A DNA stretch of 60,190 bases, counting the filler, from Thelocarpon superellum (taxonomy: Eukaryota): the NCBI GenBank assembly GCA_026025795.1. It is 2 parts of 2 records of this genome, joined end to end, with 100 filler letters (N's around TTAATTAATTAA, not from the genome) between each part and the next. Parts side by side here need not be neighbours in the genome. Positions count along the whole stretch, not along the records: positions 30,183 to 60,190 come from JAPEUG010000210.1; 1 more part is not named here. The stretch is one strand, 5' to 3'. Within the stretch, counting starts at the first letter, position 1; the number at the start of each line of letters is the position of its first letter. Position numbers and translations under genes: made by a program. Under the pieces are notes generated by a model. It was not told where the DNA came from, did not search any database, and was given only the letters and a program-made list of their open reading frames with translations. Shown one piece after another: positions 49,650-60,190 of this stretch.

Positions 49650-50844
49650 TCAATATCCGCCGCGTCGAACCCTTAACTCGTCCAAGCGTCTGCAGCTCCT
49701 CAGATCCATCGATCTCGCCGTGTTCATCTTGTTCGTGTCCTGAAAGAACCAGCCTTGTGCTTCGTTCATCAACTGTTGTCGCTGGTCCATCTCCATCTCG
49801 CACTCGTTTTGTAGCTTTCCCACGTAGCTCACTTCCGCTTTCTGATCCAATTGGCTGAGTTTGCGACTGGACCATTCCGCCACGTCGGACGGGTTCACGT
49901 AGTAGTTCACTTTGAGTCGCGGCGTGATCCGGTGCATGGTATGTGGGGGCGCCGGCGTGTCGAAGCGAAAAGTTGGGCCTGAGGGCGTCGAATCGGACGA
50001 CCCGAGGAGAGTGGACAAGAGGGGGACGATGAAGAGGAGCAAGAGAGGCAGGAGATTAGAGATGGTAGAGGCGAGGGTCGGTGGCGGTCCGTCATTGCCG
50101 CCGTGGTTGGCGTCGCGTGGCCGCCGCCGAGGTCGAGCCCCGCCCATTTGATGTACACGGAAACCCGGGCCGCCGCCAAGATTGAAGACGAACTGGGGGC
50201 CGGCGTTATACATGCCTCCGCCTGCACGCAGCCCTTGGGTCAGAATGGGCGAGAGATGATGCACGATAAGGGGAGATCTACCAAAAGAACCACTGAAGAA
50301 CTGATTGAACATCTCTTCCGGAGAGATTTCCTCCTCCCACATGGGCCCCTGTCTCGACGAGCCAGCGCTCCGTCCAAAGCCAGTAAAGGGAGATGAAGCG
50401 GAGGCCGAGCCCGGGCCAAATCGGTTGTCGGGGTCGCCGCCAAACCGATCGTATTTGCTCCTCTTCTCCGGGTCTGAGAGGATCTGGAAGGCTCGCGAGA
50501 CGACTGTGAGAAGCGCACTGTCAGCCATGGCACCATTCCAGACAGCCAGAGGCGACCATACGCTTAAAAGCCTCGTCAGCGCCTTCGAAGCCGTTCTTAT
50601 CCGGGTGCGTCAGGAGACTCAGTTTCCGATAGGCCTTTTTGATCTCGCCATCCGACACGGTAGCCTTGACCTCCTCCAGACCGAGGACATCGTAAAAGGC
50701 CGTGGGCGAGCATTTCCGTACTCGCACGACGGCTGACTTCTGTTCGGCGGTGTATTTCCGATCCTGGTTCCCCTGGTTATGCTCGCGAGAGGTGGCATTG
50801 CCGTTGGGGGTTGAATCCGCGCCACTAGCCGTGGCCGACGGCAT
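49650..50844 (-). CDS. HLJ1: ER J-domain protein (DnaJ + TM + DUF1977; Hlj1/DNAJB12-like)
   Basis: FYDVLGL...[17 protein letters not shown]...EAFK, G/F-rich region, transmembrane [17 protein letters not shown]-terminal domain with two Cys. Confidence 0.9.
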
Positions 50845-51467
50845 GGCGTGGCCGGACGAGCGCGAGAGGCCCGGCTGTGGATGTATATGCGTGGCCTTGT
50901 GTTACCGTGCCAGGTGGCTTCCAGTCTCCTCTCTTCCTGGCGTGATCGGCGCTTTGTTGAGCAAAGAGGGCGGGCAAGACTCGCGATCGTTACGCAGCTC
51001 CCTCCAGTATGTTTGGTCTGTCCCCTACTGAACGAGTAACCGCGTGCAGTTGGCAGCTCGTCACAGCGTGTTACCTAATCTTAAGCTCGAACGTGGATCA
51101 CATAGATCTCCACGTGACTGGTCTGCTTTATGCTGCACGACTTTGAGCGTCGCGCTACGCGTGAGCTGAGAAGAAACGATAGCAACTACGTCGTTGGGTG
51201 TAAGGTGGCACGATAAACGATATCTTTTGTACTCATGGACCGCTGCTTCGCACTTCACGAGTTGTCCAGATATCCGTGGAAGATGTGAATGTCACGTGTA
51301 CCTTCAACACTGGAAACGCGCAGATGGTGACGGCATACTCGACAGCTTAAACTCAGCATCACGCGAGGACCGACAGCCAGACCCATTCAATGCAACAAAA
51401 GCGCCCCAAGCCACCAGGCAATTAAGGAATCAGAGCATCCTCTCCCACGTCACCGACACCGACCACA

Positions 51468-52072
51468 ATGGCGGATAAGTCCGTAGAGGAGGCAACCAAG
51501 ACATCCATCCTGGAGACGGCCAAGAAATGGGGAGGTGAGCTACACCAGCACCAGCGTCACAAATACCTAGCACCACTGCGTACACCAACTCAAGCAGAGC
51601 TCTGCCCGCCATAGCACGCATCCACAGAACCCACAACTAATACATTCCGCGTGCAGAATCCTCCGTACCACCCACACTGCTCGCAACACTCATCGCAGCA
51701 CAGCACCTCCGCCCGCCGCAAGTCCTCCCGCTGCTGTTTCCGCCCGTGCTGCTATTCTCCACCTACCTGAATCTCAACACGTTTACGGTCGACGCGGCAG
51801 GGATTAGCGCGGCGTGGTCGGGCCTGTATCTACTTTTGGCGAGACGGAGGAGGTATGCACTGAGCAGTAGGTGGGGCGTGAGAGGCGCGGTGAGAGGTGT
51901 GACGCTCGGCGTGTGTGTGGCGAATTTGGTGGGTGGAGGTGTCGTGTATGCCCTCGGGAGGCGGGAAAGGGAGGTGGAGCAGCAGAATGAAGTGCGGAAG
52001 GAGAAGGAGGTGTTGCAGCGCGGGGCGGGGGCGGCAGACACGTCGACAAAGCCTGAGGAGGGTGAGAGATGA
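51468..52072 (+). CDS. Small membrane protein, Aim19-like
   Basis: Exon 1 ATG 51468, intron 51535-51656, exon 2 PPTLLATLI...LFPPVLLFSTYLNL...DAAGISAAWSGLYLL with several hydrophobic helices. Confidence 0.65.
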
Positions 52073-52460
52073 TGTTTGCCGTCGTACGTGGTCCTTGGTC
52101 GCTGGTCTCCTGTTCATATACACTGTGTAGACAGATCCCTCTAGCATCCAATGACGGGATCGATGCGATGAATCATGTACATCTAGCGCTAAAGCGACTC
52201 TATGCCGCCGACAAAACGAGTCTGAACGCCCCAAGGCGTCTGATATACAGGATTCTTCCCTCTCCAATACTCGCAACATCTTGTCCTCCCCGTCTCTCCC
52301 CCAACCAAGAGTCGCGTTTTGGCATCCTTTCGCCAAGAAAGCATCAAGCTGCGGGATGCGTACTCCATCACGTCCGGATCTGGTGGAAGGACAGAGAGAA
52401 GAGGGGAGAGTTGTCGATCAAACGAAATTGTACGCTGTCATCGCTGGCGCCATTTAGACG

Positions 52461-53341
52461 TCAGAGGAGCGTCGCTGATGCGGGGAAGAGAGCGCGCGCT
52501 GCTTTCACCGCTGGAGCGGGGTCAAAGGAGGCGATCAATTGCTCGTCGGCCAGGCGCTCTTTGGGCTGCGAGTGCTGCCGATATTCCTGCAAGGCCGCGT
52601 GGAGCTTCCATTCGTGCACTTTGCGCATGCACGCAACGACGCATCCAGTGCGGTGCTGTATCTCGCGCGTTATTCGCCCGTCTTCATCCCGCAGGAGTCC
52701 GTCGCTTACCTTTCCCTTGTTGCAGTGGATCAGGAGAGGGTGGTTGCGGCTATCGAGGACTACGGCCATCGCAGTCATGATGTCGCTGGTGGAGATGTCG
52801 GCGGCGTCTTTATTTCCCGGGATGGGGACTTGGAAGTGCTGGATGTGGTTTTCTTCCATAAACGCAACATTCGCTGCCGGGTACTCTTCGGCTACAAGCG
52901 ATCTGCGCCTTTCAGCAGGGGCTTCCGCATTCACACTCGGAAGAATGCTGACAAGATGCTCTTCAGTCCCAGGGTCTGTAGAAACGGGAAATGCTCGGGC
53001 GTCGGAAATCCACTTCGATATATAGCAGGCTTGACCATGGAGAAGTTGGGTGGCCGTGTGAGCCCCGGGGCGTTGCAGACCAGCCACTCGTCACACCCGT
53101 CTATGCTGCCAATGATCGGGACATCGCGAATCATGATATCTCCCGTCTGGACAGGCGAAGAGGAGGTGGTGTCACCGTGTGTGTGGTGTTTCCTTGAAAA
53201 GAAGGGGGTGAGGGAGTGTTCCTGGGCTGGGCCGATGTTGACAACCTTGGGCTTGTTGCTTTCCTTCTGCTTTGGCGCGCTTGGAGCTTGGATTGGGGTA
53301 TCCGGCTTAGGCAAAGTCGAGATGCGATGAATGTCGGGCAT
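52461..53341 (-). CDS. Siw14/Oca-family atypical tyrosine (inositol pyrophosphate) phosphatase
   Basis: PPNFSMVKPAIYRSGFP, LGLKSILSLVAEEYP, HPLLIHCNKGK|HRTGCVVAC (HCX5R split by an intron). Start uncertain. Confidence 0.88.
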
Positions 53342-54375
53342 CTCGAGAGCGGAGGGGTGATTTATTTGAATGGTCCACGTCTCGTCCGTGCTCTTGCTAG
53401 AGGGGTAGTCGCACGAGAGGTAAGACCAGACGTCCAGACGCCGCAAGGGCGGAAGACAAAGTCCGAGCCTTGACGTTTTTCCCACCCATTCGAGCACGTC
53501 CTTTTGACTGAGGGTCGTTGAAGATTGAGCAAAGAGAAGCGTCTTCGAACGTGACCTCTGATTTATCGATAAGTCAAAACGGTGGGACCGTCGGATTCGG
53601 ACTAGTACTTACCGTGCCAACGGTCTGTCGATAGTCGGCTGGGAGAATTACAGCGGGGACCAGCTGGGTTACAACAAGAACCAACTGACGTCGTTGTGTT
53701 GGTCTAGCATCGTTTCCGGCTGGTCCAAGCGACGCAGAGCAGTACCGCCATCATCGAGCGGAGGGTCTCGACGGCGTAACGAGACCGGCGCGAGCGAGCC
53801 GATTGGGATCTGCAGGACCGCGGAAGATCGAGAGGACGATCCGGGACCGTGGAGGATCGTGAGGGAGACCGCCAAGGGGCCTGGTCTGGACGATTCGAGG
53901 TGCGCGGACTAGATTTAAGGCTGAGTGGCCATGGTTAAGGCGTGCTGATGCTGCCTAGCCCTTCCAGGCCCACGACTGTCTGGTACTTCCGCCGGCGGGT
54001 GAGGGCAGCCGGACACTCCGATTGACGAACCGACGAATGAAGCCTGACTAATTGGCACGGTCGACGGTGCAGCATGACGCAGAGCCATTAGTTCGCCAGG
54101 GTCCAGGGTCCCGGACGGGGGGACGCTCCCCGGGTAATGCTCCCGGTCCCTCGTTTATCGCCTTAGCCGAGTTCTCGTAACCACGACTGACCACCCTCCA
54201 CCCCGGTGCCCCGTGCTGTGAACGTACCACACTCGAACGTTAGTCAGTACTCCTGCGCGACCGAAACAGCCAACCTTGCATCCTCTGCAGCAGCCGGCAG
54301 GCCGGCAGGGAACGGCTCGACTTGGATTCACCGATTCTGGACTACGTGTACAGTTATGCACGGCCTATGCTGCTA

Positions 54376-56473
54376 TCAATCGCGATCGCTGTCCATGTCG
54401 GCAGCCTCTCGTGCAAGTCTCATTTCTCCTCGCGAGAGACCCATGGTGTCGGCGTAGCTCGCAAAGGCATGGACGAGCTGGGCTAAGGCCTCCTGCACCG
54501 CACCGAGAAGGCAGTCCACCTCCTCGAAGCTATGATCCCGATAGTTCGGTCCCGTAGCATTCACGTCCGTCCAATGAGGCGTCAACGTGACCTTGAGCTT
54601 GTTGAGGTTGCCGATGGTGGAGACGAATGTGCGTATCATGATGGGCACGTCGGTGGCCACGTTTCCATATGGGTCCTCTTTAAGGCTGCTTACGCCGAGC
54701 TTCGCGAGGGCGTCAACGGCATGCATCACCATGCCCATGTCCCCGTATGGCGTCCCCAGCACGATCGCCGCCGAGCGTCGTTGCAGCGTCTGCTGGAACG
54801 GAGCGCCGAGCGATGACTGAAGGAATTGCAGCACGTAGAATTTGACGGTCGAAGACCATCCATCTTGGCTCAGGGCATGCTTCATGCCTGCGGGCAGCGC
54901 CTGGTTGACCGCAGATCCAACGGCCCGCTTCACTCGCGGGCTAAGACGGGGCCCATTGGGGGAGGATGCGGGGGTCTGTCCCAAGGATTTGGCCATCGAC
55001 CCCACCGTGGATTGCACCATCTCGGGCCGAGAGCTTGGCCGGGGAGAGGCCGAGAAGATTGGGCCTTCCTTGAGCGGCGGCGTCAGACGCGGCAGGGGTT
55101 GTGGATTGCCCGACGGCGCGGCTTGGACCGGCTCCGGCTCCGGGGGCGCCGGTGGCTTCAGCGCCGTACCGATGCGCGAGTTGACCTCGCCAACGACGTC
55201 CAAGCAAAGGTCCAGCACTTGCGACCACGTCGTCCCGCCTGTCCGATCCAAGTCTTCGAAGAAGGAAGCGCGCCGCACGGAGGGTCGCTGGCTGATGTAG
55301 CACAGCTCCCAGAAGGCAAAGGCCTGGGCAAGGGTCAGTCTCGGAGCAAGGGGGAGATTGACAGGAGGAATGCGCGATACTGACTTTGGGTACCTCTTTC
55401 TTCGCGCGAAGGCCGATCAGCAGGCTCCCGTTGGGGTCTCGCGAGTCCTCCGTCAGCGGCTGCCCCCGCTTCAGCGGCTGCTGAGCGGCGAAGACGTTGA
55501 AGATGGCGTTGGACATCTCCCACAGCAACATCAGGAAGAAGCTCGCCCCGGCCGACCTCCACAGCAGGGAAATATGGTAAGGGGCCCGGAGAGGGGGCGT
55601 CGACGACGAGCGTGGCAGGCTCCAAAACATCTTGGTCACGTACAGGGACCAGCCCCACACCGATGCACGCAGAAACAGTGAGTATATGATGGGCCCCATC
55701 ACCACCATACTCAAACTCCGGAGCAGGGCTTTTTGTGCGCGCCGCGGGAGCACCGCCCTGAGCTGCTCGACCGGGATCGTCGGCGTCGGAATTGCATTCG
55801 CGTCGATCGGTAGCGGCAGCCGGTCATAATCCTCGTACAAGTGGACCATAGACTGCATCGTCGCCAGCATGAAGAAGAAGCTTCGCAAGTAGATGGGTTG
55901 TTCATTCAGTCGCGGGCGCTCGTGAGCCTTTCCCTCCAGAACCCACATCAAGCGTGGATCCTTCGCGGCCGACCACATGTACACCTCGCTGAACCACCAT
56001 GCTGAGAAAAAGTACCAGCCGACCGTCTGGAAGGTGTTATATCGAATCAAGTACGCTCGAAGACTCTGAAACGGGGATGGCGTCGTTCGTGCACCGACTA
56101 GAGCATCCACGATCAGTCTCGCTGCCACCCGGTCTTGGGCTTGCCGATTTGCACGTACTATGGAGCTGAGCGACACGAAGGATGAAGATGGCCAGGGCGG
56201 AGATAAACAGTAATAGGGTGCGGATACCGACAGCGCCGAAGGGGAACCAGAACCACAGGTCTGTTCGCGAGTCCTCGTCAGTAAAGACCATGTGGAGCGT
56301 ACGTCGAGCCGCAGAGAAGATGAATGCGTACAGGACGACTTATCGCCAAGGATGACGGCCTCGACATAGCACAGGAGTAACAAGGCGCATGAAGCGTTGA
56401 TAAATCGCCGATGTAGTGCTGGTGTGAGCAGGTCCTTGTACGGTCGGGGCCCAACCCGTCCTGAGGCGGCCAT
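54376..56473 (-). CDS. NDC1: Transmembrane nucleoporin Ndc1, multi-exon
   Basis: PYKDLLTPALHRRF, several TM helices, RPRLNEQPIYLR, DPNGSLLIGL, SLKEDPYGNVATDVP. Confidence 0.88.
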
Positions 56474-56957
56474 CGGATGTCCACAAATGAGCAGTCAATT
56501 TGGTGCGTGCAGGGAACTGGGCTCCCTTCAATGTCTTCAATGACTTGTCATCTCGATGGACAGGTGCATCGCGATGCAGACTGGCGAGGTGTGGCTGAGG
56601 TGTGGCTGCTTTGTTTGTCCTGTCACAAGTCCCTCACGGCGAGCGCTCGTGCCTACCACAAGAGGGACATGGTAGACGTGTTTTCCGCGACCAAAAACAA
56701 GCGCCAAGAACCGCTACAGAACGCTCGTCAGTCACCTGATCTTCAACGAGCCAGCTGACTAATCAAAGCTATTCGCTAAAGGATGGTGGACGCGCGTGGT
56801 ACGTCAACCTCGGATCCGCCTACTCCGTAAGTGGTCCGATCATGCTGGCTGATCCACCACTGCCGGGCGCCTACATCTCCTCTCCTCCTCCCTTCCATCC
56901 CCATCACTAACACGACCTCATCCGTCCCCGTCGTTGGCCACACCTCCTGTCGCCGCC

Positions 56958-57852
56958 ATGTCGTTCGAACATGCCTCCGCGCTGGAGTCGCAGCCAACCA
57001 CGACCCGCCGCGAGGACGACCCTCAATACAGCGATGACCCAGACTTCGAGAAGCTCACGCAATCCTTATCATCGCAACTCTTCTCTCTATCGTCCAACAC
57101 GTCGCGCGTCTCGAAGCAGGTTGCTTTGCTCGGAACAAAGCGAGATACCGAACGGGTCCGAGAGCGGGTGCATGATCTACTAGAGGAGACGCGGGAGGGC
57201 TTCAAAGAAGTGGGTGAGGGAGTCAAGAAGATACAAGCATGGGAAGATGTCAACGTACGTCTCGCTATCGCCCCTTTCCTGCGTGTTGACGGTGGAAAGA
57301 GGCTAACGCGTGAGTCCGTACCGTCAGCCATCCCAGAAATACCACCAGGAGAAGTTGTCGCGGGAGTTTCAATCCTCGCTCCGCGAGTTCCAGACCGTCC
57401 AGCGATCGGCCATGGAAAAGCAGCGGGCATCAGCCACGGCCGCTCGCTCTGCACTGGAAGAGCAGCAGCTAGGAGGAGGATCATCCGGCCAGCCTGGGCA
57501 AGTCGGCGGACTGCAAGAACAAGAGCAGCTGCGGCTGGCGTCACAAGACGAGGTCGACTTCCAAGACTCGCTCATCGTCGAACGCGAGACGGAGATCCGG
57601 AACATCGAGCAGAGCGTCGGAGAGCTGAACGAACTCTTCAAAGATGTGGCACACATCGTGCACGATCAGGGCGAGCAGCTGGACATCATCTCGGAGAATG
57701 TGGAGACCGTCCGGACCGACACGCGGGGGGCTGATCGGGAACTGCGGTCCGCCAACAAGTACCAGAAGAGCTCACGAAACAAAGCCTGCTGTCTCCTGTT
57801 GATTCTCGCCGTTGTCCTCGCCATCGTGCTGTTGGCCGTATTTTTGGGCTGA
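56958..57852 (+). CDS. PEP12: Endosomal/vacuolar syntaxin t-SNARE (Pep12/Vam3 family)
   Basis: LGTKRDTERVRERVH, SNARE motif ERETEIRNIEQSVGELNELFKDVAHIVHDQGEQLDII, C-terminal TM anchor; one intron at about 57255-57327. Confidence 0.92.
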
Positions 57853-58207
57853 GGGAATGGGAGGGATCGAAAGGGCGGTTACTGGCGCACGGTGGATGCT
57901 GCGATGGAATTTTCCATTCGTTTCATTGGTCGGACGCGGCGTCTCTTTTGCAGTTTTCCTGTATGCTAGCGAAGCGTCCTATGTTTCTGTGTCCCACAAA
58001 TGCAGAAGTTGACAGCAAAGAACCTTGGAGGCTCTTCACATCATGTAGATGGCGTCGCGTGAAGTCGATCCGGGTCACGTGCAAAGATCGATAGCTCCCA
58101 GATTTTGAATTTCCCGAGCGTCGGGATCCGACCTGGTAGCATAGCTAGAATATGATCTCTTCCTCAATTCCGTCCCTTTCCCCCTTCCCTTCGGGGCATC
58201 CCTAAGC

Positions 58208-59346
58208 ATGCAAAAGGTCCTGCGGCGGACGGCGCTTGCAAAGGCCCAAGCGGCACGGAGAGCGGCACGGAGCGCGGACAAGAACGCATCAATTGCACGA
58301 TCGATCAAACGAGAACAAGACCGCGTACCGCAGGGGGAAGCGTACCAGGACGTCCGGAACGCGCGGATCGCACGACGGGAGGACCGCGAGCTGGGTCCAC
58401 TAGCGCCGCGGAGAGATGTCGGAGAGCTCAAGGAAACCTATGGCTCTATGAGCCAGCGCCGGGTGAGGGGGATAGAGAAGCCACGAGAGGAGCGCACACG
58501 CTTTTGGAACATCGTCGTCGGCGACCGAGTCGTCCTTGTCGATGGCCGAGACAAGGGCAAGATCGGCGAGGTCAGCGCCATCTATGGCAAATCTGAAGAA
58601 GTCATGGTGAAGGGTTTAAATATGGTTCGTTTGCCTATCGATCCACCCGCCACCCGGGCTACTGGGCATGTATCTGACTGGGCCGGGCTCGCCAGGTCGA
58701 TGTTGCCGTGCCGTCATGGATGGCGAAAGAGGACGACCCGAACCGAACGCCCGTCCAGAGCATCGAAGCTGGCATCCCACTCGCCTCCGTCCGCCTCGTG
58801 CACGCCCTCACGGACCCTGAGACGGGCCACAAGCGGGACGTCATCGTCAAAAAGCTAGTCCGCGGCAACGTGTGGTTTGACCGGCATGCGGGCACCCAGC
58901 GATGGTCGCGGTACATCGCGGGGCTGGACATCAAGGTGCCATGGCCCAAGAAGGAGGCCAAGACACACAAGGACCACGACGTCGATACGCTGCGTGCCAC
59001 GGTCGAGGCGAGCACGTGGGTGCCCACCCTCCTCCGCCCACCCATGCCCCCTACCGTCATCGACGAGCTGCGTAACAAGTACTCCAAGTTCCGCGATCGG
59101 CACGACGAGGATTACGTCCAGCGCAAGCGGCAGGAGGACGAGGAGGCGCGGACGAAAAAGTCCAGCGTCGCCATGGTCACGCCGTTGATGGAGGCTAAAC
59201 GGCGAGAACGCCAGGAGAAGAAGAAGCGGGGCAAGCCGCGCTTGACGCCGGAGATGTTGGAGAGAATCGGGGAGGTCATGGCCAGCGCGAGAGGGCTGCC
59301 TCCTCCACTGCCGGATACGCCGGTCAAGGAGGCTCTAGCTACCTAG
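58208..59346 (+). CDS. MRPL40: Mitochondrial ribosomal protein uL24m (KOW motif)
   Basis: DRELGPLAPRRD, KOW motif GDRVVLVDGRDKGKIG, PPMPPTVIDELRNKYSKFR; intron at about 58625-58695. Confidence 0.85.
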
Positions 59347-59507
59347 TCGGCATGTACCAAGTAGAGTGGCAGCATCCTCGGCGTTTTTCATAGACGTGGT
59401 CACCGTATATATAATGTACACGCTCAACCATCAAGATTGTTTCGTGGCATACGCTCCCGACTCCTTCGCTATGCTAGCCTTCGTCGCGGTGGCTACGATC
59501 GCTACGA

Positions 59508-60190
59508 TCACACCAATACGCCAATAAACTCCGCTCGGCCAGCGACGCCCCGCAACCCCTGCCACTGCACGAGAAAGCGATCGACGCACCGGATGAGAAT
59601 CTTCCCACTGAGACTCAGGCGTCGGACCCGAGCCCAGCTCTCCACGTAGATAGTCCTCATTCTGCCCGCGCTGCCCCTCAAGCCAAAGAAGCGCGTGATC
59701 AGACAGGCCAAGATCACGCAGACGGCGGTCCCGGGGCCATTGGTCACGATGAGATCGGGATATCCAGGCTGCGACGGCGAGCTGGCCGGCGAGTAGAGAA
59801 CTCGGAAGCACGCCGCCAGGCAATGGAAAGCTGAGATGGGCGTGGTGAGAAGCGATTGGTGGATTTTACGTGCGCGGGGAATGGTCACGATATCGTAGCT
59901 TGGGGGGACTTCGTCGACCGGACGTCCGTTGGTTTGACCGCGGGCGGTGGCGGGGCTGGGGTTTCTGTCGGCCAGTTGCGCCTCGAATTCAAGCGCCTTC
60001 TGTCGGCTAAAGGCATCTCCTTCGCTCACAACGTAGCTTCGGTGAGTGTACAGGGTCGTGTCAATGTTCCGTAGCATCGCCAGCATCTCTGCCGTATGTC
60101 CGCCAGAACCTAACACGACGAGCAGACGAGTGGCAGTTCCCCGCTTTCGGGGCGATGGACGGGTGGGATTGAAGGGAGGTAAGATGTACA
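59508..60190 (-). CDS. ALG14: UDP-GlcNAc transferase subunit Alg14 (5' part outside the window)
   Basis: VVLGSGGHTAEM, IPRARKIHQS, PDLIVTNGPGTAV, IYVESWARVRRLSLSGKIL, FLVQW. Confidence 0.95.
   Translation of the reverse strand, partial: YILPPFNPTRPSPRKRGTATRLLVVLGSGGHTAEMLAMLRNIDTTLYTHRSYVVSEGDAFSRQKALEFEAQLADRNPSPATARGQTNGRPVDEVPPSYDIVTIPRARKIHQSLLTTPISAFHCLAACFRVLYSPASSPSQPGYPDLIVTNGPGTAVCVILACLITRFFGLRGSAGRMRTIYVESWARVRRLSLSGKILIRCVDRFLVQWQGLRGVAGRAEFIGVLV

Noticed and set aside
52069..53025. 318-aa plus-strand ORF
   Set aside because: Antisense to the Siw14-like phosphatase and composition is not protein-like.

Overview
Gene-dense, GC-rich genomic DNA from a filamentous ascomycete (Pezizomycotina-type genes with short GT-AG introns and CTRAC/CTRAT branch points). 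It holds about 23 intact housekeeping or regulatory genes: SRPK/Sky1, GRIP golgin Imh1, a Cid1/CutA-type terminal uridylyltransferase, TFIIF-alpha, a secreted GH45-like protein, Bud13, Atl1, Tyr1, Rps14, Aar2, Rps16, an RCC1 protein, Rad9, Ufd2, Yvh1, a C2H2 transcription factor, Vfa1, Hlj1, an Aim19-like protein, a Siw14-like phosphatase, Ndc1, Pep12, uL24m and a partial Alg14. There is also one pseudogene and an artificial N/TTAATTAATTAA contig linker at 30083-30182, so the two halves may not be adjacent. Two observations stand out. First, the uridylyltransferase catalytic domain is split by an insertion of about 370 aa containing two tandem repeats that resemble the capsid C-terminal domain of Ty3/gypsy Gag. 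Second, TYR1 intron 1 is a compound intron: it carries a snR13-like box C/D snoRNA inside its own internal intron, with an AG|GT recursive-type site and a potential 6-nt microexon that forms only after the inner intron is spliced. All family assignments come from recognising motifs by eye; no searches were run.
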